From: Escherichia coli
GTDB taxonomy: Bacteria; Pseudomonadota; Gammaproteobacteria; Enterobacterales; Enterobacteriaceae
Assembly (NCBI RefSeq): GCF_030384885.1
Contig: NZ_CP128613.1
Length of the DNA stretch: 64,000 bases
Reading direction: 5' to 3' (one strand)
Shown one piece after another: positions 31,344-41,348 of the stretch. Numbering within the stretch: the first letter of the stretch is position 1; each line of letters starts with the position of its first letter. The notes below the pieces were generated by a model. It was not told the DNA's origin, made no database searches, and was given only the letters and a program-made list of their open reading frames with translations. The position numbers and the translations under genes are program-made.

Positions 31344-32426
31344 TTAGCGAATTGCTATTTCCGTTTCTGCATCAAAGAAATGACATTTGGTCATATCGAA
31401 ATGAATAGTGACGTTTTCTCCTGCATGATAATCATTTAACGCACCGGCACGGACCACCAGCTCGTGCCCCCCAACCGTGGTGTAGAGCATAAATTCCGCA
31501 CCGGTTAATTCCGCCACGCTAATTTTGGCGGAAATGTTATTTTCCTCTTGCGCATCCGGATGAATATCTTCCGGGCGTATTCCCATCACAATGGGTTTAT
31601 GCAAACTTTCCTGCGTTTTCAGAACCGCTAATTTATCTTCGGGAATGGTTAATTTAAGCGTTTCCGTAACGAATTTATCGCCATCGATCGTGCCGCGAAT
31701 AAAATTCATTGCTGGTGACCCAATAAATCCGGCAACAAACATATTCGCCGGTTGGTTATAGACCGTTTTCGGCGCACCGACCTGCTGAACAATCCCATCC
31801 TTCATAATGACAATCCGCGTCGCCATGGTCATCGCTTCGGTCTGATCGTGGGTCACGTAGATCATGGTGGTGTTCAGTTTCTGATGCAGCTTGCTGATTT
31901 CCGCTCGCATTTGTACGCGCAGCTTGGCATCCAGGTTAGAGAGCGGTTCATCCATTAAAAACACGCCCGCTTCGCGCACAATCGCCCGTCCGAGCGCCAC
32001 ACGCTGGCGTTGCCCGCCGGAAAGCGCGCCCGGCTTGCGTTTCAGGTACTCACGCAGGCCGAGGATTTGCGCCGCCCAGTTAACCCGCTCATCAATCACC
32101 TCTTTGGCGATTTTTTGCATCTTCAGGCCAAACGCCATGTTGTCGTAGACCGTCATATGCGGATACAGCGCGTAGTTCTGGAAAACCATCGCGATATTGC
32201 GCGCTTTGGCCGGAACGTCGTTCATTCGTTTGCCGTCGATCAACAGATCGCCGCCGCTGATCTCCTCAAGCCCGGCAATCATACGCAGCGTCGTCGATTT
32301 ACCGCAGCCCGACGGACCGACAAACACGATGAACTCTTTATCGGCAATCTCCAGGTTGAAGTCCTTCACCACATGCACCTGGTTATCGTAGATCTTTTGA
32401 ATATGTTGTAACGAAAGCTGTGCCAT
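31344..32426 (-). CDS. ycjV: ABC transporter ATP-binding protein YcjV (MalK-like), full length
   Basis: 360-aa ORF with Walker A GPSGCGKST, signature LSGGQRQR and Walker B. It includes a MalK-type C-terminal domain. From memory, this gene is a truncated pseudogene in K-12. Confidence 0.88.
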   Translation of the reverse strand: MAQLSLQHIQKIYDNQVHVVKDFNLEIADKEFIVFVGPSGCGKSTTLRMIAGLEEISGGDLLIDGKRMNDVPAKARNIAMVFQNYALYPHMTVYDNMAFGLKMQKIAKEVIDERVNWAAQILGLREYLKRKPGALSGGQRQRVALGRAIVREAGVFLMDEPLSNLDAKLRVQMRAEISKLHQKLNTTMIYVTHDQTEAMTMATRIVIMKDGIVQQVGAPKTVYNQPANMFVAGFIGSPAMNFIRGTIDGDKFVTETLKLTIPEDKLAVLKTQESLHKPIVMGIRPEDIHPDAQEENNISAKISVAELTGAEFMLYTTVGGHELVVRAGALNDYHAGENVTIHFDMTKCHFFDAETEIAIR

Positions 32427-32439
32427 GTTGATTCCTTTG

Positions 32440-33099
32440 CTATACGTTTTGCCAGAAGGCCGATAACCGCGGCCAGGTCAGGGACTCCGTTGAGGGCAAC
32501 AGTAATTGCGCCCCAGTTAAGCCCGCGCCGATCCCCACCGAACGCATACCGCTGGCGTTAATGGCGTCAATGCCCGCCTGCGCATCTTCAATGCCGATAC
32601 ATGCCTGCGGCGGCACGCCCAGCCCGGCACAGGCGGCGAGAAAGATTTCCGGGTCCGGTTTCGAGTGTTTAAGTTGGGAAGCGTCCGCGCAGAAGGTGAA
32701 AAACTCGCGCAGCTCCAGCGCCGCTAAAATTGTTGGGGCATTCAGAGAGACGGAGGCCAGCCCTACCGGGATGCCTTGCGCCCGAAGATCTGCCAGCAAA
32801 GGCCGAATTCCCGGCAGAACAGCGTTAACCGTCAGTTCGCGCAGTGAGTGGACGTAGAGCAGATTTTTGCGATACGCCAGTTGCGCCCGCTCTTGCACGT
32901 TAAAGTCGCCCTCTTTGCCCCCGTGTTGCAGAATGCGCCGCAGGGACTCATCGCGGCTGATCCCTTTTAACGTCTCGTTAAATTGCGCATCGATGCTGAT
33001 GCCGATTTCGGCGGCAATCTGCTGCCATGCCTGGAAGTGCAGATGTGCGGTGTCGGTGATCACGCCATCCAGATCGAAAATTACCCCTTGTAGTTTCAT
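32440..33099 (-). CDS. ycjU: beta-phosphoglucomutase YcjU (HAD superfamily)
   Basis: 219-aa ORF with the N-terminal DxDG motif ([10 protein letters not shown]). Confidence 0.9.
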   Translation of the reverse strand: MKLQGVIFDLDGVITDTAHLHFQAWQQIAAEIGISIDAQFNETLKGISRDESLRRILQHGGKEGDFNVQERAQLAYRKNLLYVHSLRELTVNAVLPGIRPLLADLRAQGIPVGLASVSLNAPTILAALELREFFTFCADASQLKHSKPDPEIFLAACAGLGVPPQACIGIEDAQAGIDAINASGMRSVGIGAGLTGAQLLLPSTESLTWPRLSAFWQNV

Positions 33100-35363
33100 T
33101 CATCCTCCTGATGTTTGGTAGCGGTCCCATTGAAGGGCAAAATAAAATCACCCAAACAGAAAACAGATTCTTCAGTCACGGAAATAAGCTGACCGTTCAA
33201 CCGCATTGAAACGGGCGCAGAAGTTCGAATCGCAATACGCTGCGCGTCGAGAGTGACCTGTAATTCGCAGCCCTGCCAGAACAAAGGGAAAGATAACTGT
33301 TGCCACTGCTCAGGTAACGCTGGGTTCAGATGTAATTCGCCGTCGCGCACGCTGACTCCGGCAAAACCCTGAATCGCCCCCAGCCAGATAGCGCCAGTTG
33401 CGGCGGCATGGATACCGTCATCGCAGCTATGCGGATCAGCACCAAGATCGATTTCACTCCCCTCGCGCCAGAACGGGTAACTCTGCGCAAGCAAGCCACA
33501 ACGCGCGGCAACAATGCCGTGGATCGCTTTACTCAATGACGAGTCGTGAATGGTGCGCGGTTCATAAAATTGCAGATTGGCGAGACACGAGGCCGCTGAA
33601 AATTGTTCCGGTAGCATGTAATTGAGCATCACCACATCGGCCTGCTTGAGGATCTGCATCTCGTTCACTTCTGCGCGTGAATAATCCAGCAGAATGGTTT
33701 GTTTACCTGCCGCCGCTTTGTATTTCGCCAGATCTATCGCCGGTTTCGCCATAAACGAATCATCCTGCGGCAAAACGCCGTCGGGCTGAATTTCTGGCAT
33801 CCACAGCTCTTTGAGGAACATGTCGGCACGATGAATAAACGCATCGTCGCTACAGCCAAACTGGCGAGCAATATTCAGTGCCTGTTGGACGTTGTAGCAG
33901 GCCATATAACTTGTGTATGCGTTATTGTTAACGTGTTCGGTATATTCGTCTGGCCCAATAACATCATGAATTTCCAGACGATCGTTAACCCTTACCGCGC
34001 GGCTAATCCAGAACTTTGCGGTCTCCAGCAGTAGCGCCATGCCTTCGTGAGCAATGAAGCTTTCATCCCCCGTTACCTGCCAGTATTGAATAACCGCCCA
34101 GGCGATATCGGCAACCAGATGATGTTCTGCCTGCGCTGAGGCCACTTTTTGCCGCAGCCCAGTACGAATGTTAATGGCGGCAAATTCCGGCGTTTCTTCT
34201 TCGCCGCTACGTGCGCTCTCCCACGGAAACAGCGCGCCCTGCCAGCCATTGCGTCGCGCTTTCTCCTGCGCGCCAGGCAAGTTGTGCCAGCGATAGCGCA
34301 GTAAACTTCGGGCAATCGTCGGTTCGCTAAACAGATGGAACGGCAGCAGAAACACTTCCGTATCCCAGAAAACGTGGCCTTTGTAGCCTTCGCCGGTTAA
34401 GCCTTTCGCCGCAATGCTGCTACGCTCGTCATGGGCGGGCGTCATAATACGCAAATGATAAAGCGCATAGTCTAACGCCCGCTGAGCGTGCGCATCGCAA
34501 CTGTTTACCGTGATACGACGTTTCTGCCACCATTGCAGCCAGTTTTCTGTGGATGCTGCAAGAAGTTGGTCATAACTCTGCTGCGCGCACATTTCGAGCT
34601 GGCGAAGCGACGCACTGCCCCACTCGTCTAAAGCAGCTTGTCGGTCGTCCCGCCAGTCAATCCACACCCGCTTTTGCAAGGTCAGTGTTTCACCTGTGCG
34701 AAGTTGCGCGCTGGTATGTTGCAGCAAACGGCGCTCTTTTGCGGTATAGCACTGCTGAACGTCACCATCCGCCTGACAGTGACAACTGATTGCCACATCA
34801 CTGCGCCCATCCTGGGTGGTATAGATCCCCTGCATCAAATGCTGACCAAACACCCGCACCTGGGTTTCGTCGAGATGCTGGCGACCGTGGTTGGTTTGCG
34901 TGGCATCAATGCCTGTTGAGATCAGCACTGATGCCTCGGCATCCAGCGGGGTAATACTGATTTCCAGCGCGATCAGCGGCAGTTGATCTGTCGAAACAAA
35001 ACGACGGCTTTCAATGGTGAACCCTGCGCCGTCGCTGGTGCGCCAGATAACACTGCGGCGTAATTCTCCACTGGCAAAGTCAAGCTCACGCTGCCACGCT
35101 TCGCGCGATAACGAAAAAATCTCGCCGTTTAGGGTAATTTCCATTCCCACCACGTCTGGCAGATTCACCAGTTCGTTGATTTCTCCTTTACCCGCTCGAT
35201 GATACAGCCCTGCCAGATACATGCCGCGCGTCTGCCGCGTGTAATCTTCTTCATGGCTGGCACGAAGCCCAAGATAGCCGTTCCCCTGCGCCATTAATGA
35301 GGCATATTTATTCAGGGTATGCTGGCTGAAATGGGGTTCCGTTAATGTTACTGGCCTGGTCAT
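33096..35363 (-). CDS. ycjT: kojibiose phosphorylase YcjT (GH65)
   Basis: 755-aa ORF. Its size and position match the ycj sugar-catabolism cluster. Confidence 0.88.
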   Translation of the reverse strand: MTRPVTLTEPHFSQHTLNKYASLMAQGNGYLGLRASHEEDYTRQTRGMYLAGLYHRAGKGEINELVNLPDVVGMEITLNGEIFSLSREAWQRELDFASGELRRSVIWRTSDGAGFTIESRRFVSTDQLPLIALEISITPLDAEASVLISTGIDATQTNHGRQHLDETQVRVFGQHLMQGIYTTQDGRSDVAISCHCQADGDVQQCYTAKERRLLQHTSAQLRTGETLTLQKRVWIDWRDDRQAALDEWGSASLRQLEMCAQQSYDQLLAASTENWLQWWQKRRITVNSCDAHAQRALDYALYHLRIMTPAHDERSSIAAKGLTGEGYKGHVFWDTEVFLLPFHLFSEPTIARSLLRYRWHNLPGAQEKARRNGWQGALFPWESARSGEEETPEFAAINIRTGLRQKVASAQAEHHLVADIAWAVIQYWQVTGDESFIAHEGMALLLETAKFWISRAVRVNDRLEIHDVIGPDEYTEHVNNNAYTSYMACYNVQQALNIARQFGCSDDAFIHRADMFLKELWMPEIQPDGVLPQDDSFMAKPAIDLAKYKAAAGKQTILLDYSRAEVNEMQILKQADVVMLNYMLPEQFSAASCLANLQFYEPRTIHDSSLSKAIHGIVAARCGLLAQSYPFWREGSEIDLGADPHSCDDGIHAAATGAIWLGAIQGFAGVSVRDGELHLNPALPEQWQQLSFPLFWQGCELQVTLDAQRIAIRTSAPVSMRLNGQLISVTEESVFCLGDFILPFNGTATKHQEDE

Positions 35364-36415
35364 AATTCCACACGCGTCCCTGTTTCTGCGGATTGATACA
35401 GCGCCGCCACCAGTTGCTGGATGATGTACCCTTGCTCGGCGTCGGCAATCATCACTGGCTTGCCCTGTACGTGATTGATAAAGGCTTCCATGCTGCGCAA
35501 ATGACGGTTGTCGTCGGCCAGTTCCCGTTGCATCAGCGTCATTAATTCACCGTTGTTATCGGTATAGATATGCGCCGGAAACAGCGTGGCTCCCGCTTTA
35601 TCACCGCAAAAGCTGACGTTCATAATCGACTGTTCGCGGATGTTGAGTGCAAATGATGTCTCGAGCCAAAGAATGCCGCCGTTATGAAATTCAATGGTGC
35701 CAAACAGCGAATCTTCGACGCTGTAGGCTGCCGGGTCCCACTCGCCAAATTGACCACAGCTCTTTTGCGGGCCGATCTTTTGAAAGCTGTGCGCATTCAC
35801 GCTTTTCACCGCCGGAAAGCCCAGCACATACATCGCGGCATCCAGCATATGAATGCCAATATCGATCAGCGGGCCGCCGCCCTGCAGTTCTTTATTGGTA
35901 AAGACACCCCAACCGGGAACACCGCAGCGACGCAGGGCGCGGGCGGTCGTGACGTAAATCTCACCCAAAACGCCGTTGGTCACCTGTTCACGCAGTTGTT
36001 GCGTATCAAGGGCAAAACGATGGTGAAAGTCGTAGGCCAGCACCTTGCCCTGTTTACGCGCGGTATCACACATCTCCCGCGCCTGTTCCGGCGTCATGGC
36101 GGGCGGTTTCTCGCACATCACATGGCAGCCTGCCTCCAGCGCCATCAGGGTATGCTCGTAATGAAAACGGTTAGGTGAACAGACGCTTACCACGTCAGGT
36201 TTTACCGCCAGCAGCATGGCCTGCGGATCGTCCCACACGGATGCATTCCCGTATTTCTCTGCCAACGCCTGCGCCTGGGAAAGGCGGCTGTCACAGACAG
36301 CCACCAGTTCCAGATCGTTGCGGGTGCAGTAGTACGAAGCATGAACCTTATCCGCCACCTGGCCCGCGCCTATTATCGCGACCCGCAGCGGAGAGCTTGT
36401 CATTGCACTTTTCAC
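35360..36415 (-). CDS. ycjS: Gfo/Idh/MocA-family NAD-dependent oxidoreductase YcjS
   Basis: 351-aa ORF with an N-terminal Rossmann fold (VAIIGAGQVA). Confidence 0.88.
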   Translation of the reverse strand: MKSAMTSSPLRVAIIGAGQVADKVHASYYCTRNDLELVAVCDSRLSQAQALAEKYGNASVWDDPQAMLLAVKPDVVSVCSPNRFHYEHTLMALEAGCHVMCEKPPAMTPEQAREMCDTARKQGKVLAYDFHHRFALDTQQLREQVTNGVLGEIYVTTARALRRCGVPGWGVFTNKELQGGGPLIDIGIHMLDAAMYVLGFPAVKSVNAHSFQKIGPQKSCGQFGEWDPAAYSVEDSLFGTIEFHNGGILWLETSFALNIREQSIMNVSFCGDKAGATLFPAHIYTDNNGELMTLMQRELADDNRHLRSMEAFINHVQGKPVMIADAEQGYIIQQLVAALYQSAETGTRVEL

Positions 36416-36424
36416 AAAGACCTC

Positions 36425-37213
36425 TTAGCAGGTGCGCAACCAGGCCAAAGAATCACGGTACGCCTGAGCAGGATCTTCTGCCCGAATGCGCCCTTCATAC
36501 ACCACATAGCCCTGATAGTTATCGGCGCGCAGCTGTTCAAACAGCGCGTGGAAATCGAGGGTGCCGCTGCCCGGCTGGTAGCGATGGTTATCCGCAATAT
36601 GCACATGACCGAGCAGGTCGCGGTTGTCATGCAGCGCCTGCGCCAGGTTATCTTCTTCGATATTCATGTGATAGAAATCGCCGATAATCTGCACATGTTT
36701 AAGATCGTTTTCGACGATGTAACGGCGGGCATCGGCGAGGGTGTTGATCATGTGATCCTGATAACGGTTTAACGGTTCGAGATACACCACCGTTCCGGTA
36801 CGTGCGGCCACCTTTTCCAGGAAACGAAGGGAATCGCTCACCATTTGACGATCGCCGTCCAGGCTGCGCGGCGAGGTCATCGGCGGTAAGCGAAAGGTAA
36901 ACATGCCCCACGCTGCCGGAACGACAATACCTTTGCCGCCCACTTCCGCCAGCGCCTCAAGAATGCGCTCGATCTGCTTTAAACCATTAAGACGACGCTC
37001 TTCGATAAAGTCGCCAATCCAGCCGTCATAGCCGCCGCAGGCGGTGGTCACCGGTAAACCGGTTTCTTTGATCGCTGCTTTGACTTCTTCGATATTGTTG
37101 ACCAGCAGTTTGCCGTCAATTTCAAAACCATCAAATCCCATCTCTTTGATATAACGAAATTTCTCCAGAATATTTTCCGGAAAGAACGCCTGATTCTGTG
37201 TGCCGATTTTCAT
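36425..37213 (-). CDS. ycjR: sugar phosphate isomerase/epimerase (TIM barrel) YcjR
   Basis: 262-aa ORF of the xylose-isomerase-like family. Confidence 0.85.
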   Translation of the reverse strand: MKIGTQNQAFFPENILEKFRYIKEMGFDGFEIDGKLLVNNIEEVKAAIKETGLPVTTACGGYDGWIGDFIEERRLNGLKQIERILEALAEVGGKGIVVPAAWGMFTFRLPPMTSPRSLDGDRQMVSDSLRFLEKVAARTGTVVYLEPLNRYQDHMINTLADARRYIVENDLKHVQIIGDFYHMNIEEDNLAQALHDNRDLLGHVHIADNHRYQPGSGTLDFHALFEQLRADNYQGYVVYEGRIRAEDPAQAYRDSLAWLRTC

Positions 37214-37229
37214 TTTTCCGTCCTTAGAA

Positions 37230-38282
37230 TTAAAAAGTTACGCCCATTTTGATGCTCTGTTCCGGATGCTGGTCGACATACTGCATGTAGCTTTCCGGGC
37301 TGTTAGCAAAGGTCACCACCGGGTCGATTAAATCTTCACAATTGAGATAACCGTTCATCAGCAGTTCCCAGCAGGTTTCTTCAATACGCTTGCGACTCCA
37401 GCGCGGATAATCCGGGTTCGGTTCACTGCACGCACGAGAGAAGACAATTTTGGCGTTGTTGAAATGCGCTTCACGTCCGAGGTTGAAACCTTCGGCAAAT
37501 GGTTTGGCAAATGCGACATACGAGATGGTGCCGCCATAAGCCAGGCCGCGCAGTGCCGATTGCAGCGCGTCGGCGTAGCCGCTGGTTTCGATAATCACAT
37601 CGGCACCCTGCTTGCCGGTCAGCGTTTTAATCTCTTTGCCTACATCTGTGCCAATGGGGTTAAGGCAGAAATCCGCCCCGTGGCGACGGGCAATATCACA
37701 GCGATGAGCGATAGGATCGACACCAATCACCACCGACGCGCCAGCGCGTTTTGCCAGTTGAATGGCAATTTGACCAATCGCGCCAAGCCCTACCACCACC
37801 ACAAAATCGCCCACGCGCACGTTGGCATCGCGCACGCCGCTCATGGCAAACTGCGCCGGGTCGTAACAGACGGCGTTTTTCCACGAGCTACCTTGCGGCA
37901 TCTTGCGCAGTTTGTAGTTATTCACCGCGTTAATGATGACCGTTTCGGAAAGCGGGCCGTAGCCGCATACGCTGTCACCCACCGCGTAGTCGGTAACGTC
38001 GCTGCCGCACTCGATAATGTCGCCAACCACCATGTTGCCAAGCTGGAACTTGCCAAACTCAATGCCGCGCGGCGCATCTGCCGGACGGGGGGTGAACATC
38101 TGCCATTCGCCATTAAAGTCTTCATCGATAAACGGGCTGGCGGCGCGGAAATCGACCACTTCCGTCCCGTGCTTCGGCGCGCCGAACCGCACGCGGATCT
38201 TCACTTCATTGGCTGAAATCGCCCTGTCTTCATACTCCACCAACGCGGCAACGCGCGGTGCTGTGGCTACTAACTTTTTCAT
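37230..38282 (-). CDS. ycjQ: zinc-type alcohol/sugar dehydrogenase YcjQ
   Basis: 350-aa ORF of the MDR family, with a GLGAIG Rossmann motif. Confidence 0.88.
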   Translation of the reverse strand: MKKLVATAPRVAALVEYEDRAISANEVKIRVRFGAPKHGTEVVDFRAASPFIDEDFNGEWQMFTPRPADAPRGIEFGKFQLGNMVVGDIIECGSDVTDYAVGDSVCGYGPLSETVIINAVNNYKLRKMPQGSSWKNAVCYDPAQFAMSGVRDANVRVGDFVVVVGLGAIGQIAIQLAKRAGASVVIGVDPIAHRCDIARRHGADFCLNPIGTDVGKEIKTLTGKQGADVIIETSGYADALQSALRGLAYGGTISYVAFAKPFAEGFNLGREAHFNNAKIVFSRACSEPNPDYPRWSRKRIEETCWELLMNGYLNCEDLIDPVVTFANSPESYMQYVDQHPEQSIKMGVTF

Positions 38283-38312
38283 GTAAAACTCCTTGTCAAG
38301 AAACTGGCCGCT

Positions 38313-39155
38313 TTAGCCCTTCACGCCACCGGCGGTCAAACCACTCTTAATAAAACGTTCCGAAAGTGCATACATAATCACCACCGGCAATGCGGTCACC
38401 AGCGAGGCCGCCATCATTCGGCCCCAGATGTAATCAGGGGTACTGAACAGCGCGTTCAGGCCTACCGGTAAAGTGAAATTGCTGGCGCTGGAGAGGAAAA
38501 TCGAGGCAAACAGATAGTCGTTCCACGCCACCATAAAGCAGTAGACGAACACGGATATCAGCCCGGACATCGCCAGCGGTACCGTGATGCGGAAGATGAT
38601 TTGCAGCCGGTTGAGGCCATCCATCATCGCCGCTTCTTCGATTTCATCGGGGATGGTGTCGAAGTAGCTTTTCAGCATAAACACGGCGGTAGGCAGGGTT
38701 TGCGTCACCATGGTGATGATCAGCGCCATCTCGGTGTCGTAAACGCCAAGCGCGGTGATGATTTTGAACAGCGGCACCACCAGCAAAATGCCGGAGAACA
38801 TGTACACCGTGTAGAAGCTGGCGTTGATGGTCATTCGCCCTTTAAAGCGCAGGCGGGAAAGCGCGTAAGCCCCGAGAATGCCGAGAAATACTGCTATCAC
38901 GGATGAAACTACCGACACCACCATGCTGTTACGGAAATAATCGACAAACGGGAAAATCACCGGGTTAAAAATGTCGACGTAATACTCCAGCGTCCACTGC
39001 TGTGGCAGCAGCGTAGGATGCAGCGAGATCGCCTCTTTCGCGCTTTTGAACGAGGTCATCAGCATCACAAAAAACGGAAACAACGTGATGATGAGAAACA
39101 GCGCCAGCCCGCAGTAAAAACCGATGCGACTGAGTGTGCGTTTATTTGTTGCCAT
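38313..39155 (-). CDS. ycjP: ABC sugar transporter permease YcjP
   Basis: 280-aa ORF with an EAA-like loop (EAAMMDGLNRLQIFFRITVP). Confidence 0.88.
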   Translation of the reverse strand: MATNKRTLSRIGFYCGLALFLIITLFPFFVMLMTSFKSAKEAISLHPTLLPQQWTLEYYVDIFNPVIFPFVDYFRNSMVVSVVSSVIAVFLGILGAYALSRLRFKGRMTINASFYTVYMFSGILLVVPLFKIITALGVYDTEMALIITMVTQTLPTAVFMLKSYFDTIPDEIEEAAMMDGLNRLQIIFRITVPLAMSGLISVFVYCFMVAWNDYLFASIFLSSASNFTLPVGLNALFSTPDYIWGRMMAASLVTALPVVIMYALSERFIKSGLTAGGVKG

Positions 39156-40022
39156 TGAGGTTCACCCGTTTTCTGGTCAGCAGAATGACAGCGAAAATAA
39201 TGATGAAGAGCACCACCGAGATCGCCGCCGCTTTCCCTAAGTCATTAAAGGCAAAGGCGGTTTTGTAGAGATAGACGCCGAGAATATCGACCTTGGTCGT
39301 CAGCAAATAAACGTCAGCGAACATGTAGAACATCCAGATGGTACGCAGAGTCACCACCGTCGCCAGGACCGGCATAATCGCGGGCAGCGTGACGATGCGA
39401 AACCGTTGCCAGGCATTCGCGCCGTCCATCTCTGCCGCTTCGTACAACGATTTATCAATGGTCTGCAAAATCGCCAGAAACGAGATAAAGGCATACGGGA
39501 GTAGCGCCAGATGGCGAACAGCACCACCAGCACAAAACTACTGCCCGGGTTATCGAACCACAGCGGCGCCTGCTCATAGAGATGCAGAAGATCGACGCCG
39601 AGGTAGTTCACAATGCCGTAGCCGTTGTTGAACATGTATTTCCAGGCGAACACCAGCGAAATGGATGGCGTTACGTAGGAGAGGATCACCAACGAACGCG
39701 CGGTTTTGCGCAGGCGAAACTCGCGGTTGAAAAACATCGCCACCGCCAGCCCGAGCACGGTGCTACCTGCCACCACCAGCGCGGTATACCAGACCGTCAT
39801 CCACAGCGAGTGCCAGAAGCCGGGATCGGAGAGAATACGCACATAGTTGCTCACCCCAACAAACGTTGACTCGATGTTGGGATTGAGCGGCAGACGTAAA
39901 AAACTGATTTCGATATTCGACACCATTGGCCACGCCACCAGACCGCCCAGCAGTAATAAGCTGGGCGCGAGAAGCAGCAGCGCAAAGGGCATATCGGAAC
40001 GACCTGAAAAAAGCCTGTTCAT
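39142..40022 (-). pseudogene. ycjO: ABC transporter permease ycjO, disrupted by a -1 frameshift
   Basis: Two overlapping ORFs in different frames (39351-40022, 223 aa; 39142-39468, 108 aa) together cover a MalF/UgpA-like permease. The reading ...VLFAIWRY then switches frame. The expected continuation FPYAFISFLAILQTIDKS is restored by inserting one base near 39500. Confidence 0.75.
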
Positions 40023-40042
40023 TGCGGATTCCTGTCCTGGGA

Positions 40043-41335
40043 TTAGTGCTGTTCGATCAGTTCATCCAGCTTTTTCTGGCTCGCTTGCAGCGTGGTTGAG
40101 AGATCGGCTTTCCCCACGGTGACGTTATGCACCATTGAACTCACCACACCAGACCCCGTGACATCGCCCATGCGGGTAAAGTTTTTGTCCCCTACCGCAC
40201 CAAAGACCTGAATGTTTGGCAGTTCGCTAATCAACTGATTCGGCAAGTCTCCCAGCGCCTTAATCACGTCGTTATCTTTCCAGGTGGCAGTCGTCACAAC
40301 CGCTTTGTTAACCGGCAGCGCCGCGCCTGGCGACATCATCACCCAGTCGGCAATGTTGTCCGCCTGCTCCATAAAGGTGACAAATTTTTCTGCCGCTTCC
40401 GTCTCTTCGCTCTTTTGCCCGGCGGTAATGGTCAGCGAGGTCAACATGCCGTAGACCGCCGAGTTTTTCTCGGTTGGCACCACGAAACCGACATTTTTCG
40501 GGTCACCTTCTTTAATCACAGCCGGAAGGATATAGGTGGAGTAAATCGCCATCGGCGCGGTGCCGTTCATAAAGGCGTCTTTCACTTCCATAATGTCGTT
40601 AGAACCCGGCATGGTGTTGGCAGCAAGGTCGCGGTAATAGGTCAGCGCCTGCATCATCTCCGGCGTATCAAGGGTGATTTTGCCTTCGGCGTTAAAAACG
40701 TTGGCCTGATTGGATAACGCAAACTGGGAGAACGATTGTTCCGTCAGTACGCTTTCTGCCGTCGGAAGAGCAATACCGTATTTTTTATTCGCCGGATCGT
40801 TCAGTTTCTGTGCGACATCCAGCAACTGTTGCCAGTTTTTCGGCTCATCCAGCCCGGCTTTTGCCAGCACATCTTTGCGATACCAGATACCGCCAATCCA
40901 TGCGCTGACAGGAACACCAGTCCAGGCGCTACCATCTTCGGTGCGCACAATCCGTAGAACGCCGTCATAAAACGCGCCTTCACCGACATTACTGATGACC
41001 GTAGCAACCGCTTTGCGATCGATAAGCTGTTCTTTGTCCATCACTTTCGCGTAGTCATGGCTGGTTTCGATCACTTCCGGCAGCGAGCCGCTACGGGAAA
41101 GGGTGATGACTTTGGTGTTATAGGCATCTTCTTCCACCGGCACCTGTTTAACAGTGATGCCTGGGTTTTCTTTTTCAAAACGCGCAATTAACTGACTAAT
41201 TACCGCCTGGCGTTCCTGTTCCACCGAAGAATGCATAAACTCGATGGAGACATTCGTTTTATTTTCTTCTTTACAGCCTGAAATCAGGGCGCAGGAAACC
41301 AGTGCTGATAACAGCACGATTTTTGATTTAATCAT
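40043..41335 (-). CDS. ycjN: periplasmic sugar-binding protein YcjN (ABC SBP with lipoprotein-type signal)
   Basis: 430-aa ORF with signal plus lipobox (LISGC). Confidence 0.88.
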   Translation of the reverse strand: MIKSKIVLLSALVSCALISGCKEENKTNVSIEFMHSSVEQERQAVISQLIARFEKENPGITVKQVPVEEDAYNTKVITLSRSGSLPEVIETSHDYAKVMDKEQLIDRKAVATVISNVGEGAFYDGVLRIVRTEDGSAWTGVPVSAWIGGIWYRKDVLAKAGLDEPKNWQQLLDVAQKLNDPANKKYGIALPTAESVLTEQSFSQFALSNQANVFNAEGKITLDTPEMMQALTYYRDLAANTMPGSNDIMEVKDAFMNGTAPMAIYSTYILPAVIKEGDPKNVGFVVPTEKNSAVYGMLTSLTITAGQKSEETEAAEKFVTFMEQADNIADWVMMSPGAALPVNKAVVTTATWKDNDVIKALGDLPNQLISELPNIQVFGAVGDKNFTRMGDVTGSGVVSSMVHNVTVGKADLSTTLQASQKKLDELIEQH

Positions 41336-41348
41336 GAGATGTTCCTTT

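Noticed and set aside
37464-38216. 250-aa ORF antisense within ycjQ; similar long antisense ORFs lie inside ycjS/ycjR (35684-36772), ycjV (32010-32411), sapC (58489-59043), puuC (49148-50375) and fabI (62060-62818)
   Set aside because: These are typical GC-rich antisense shadow ORFs, fully contained in well-supported genes on the opposite strand.
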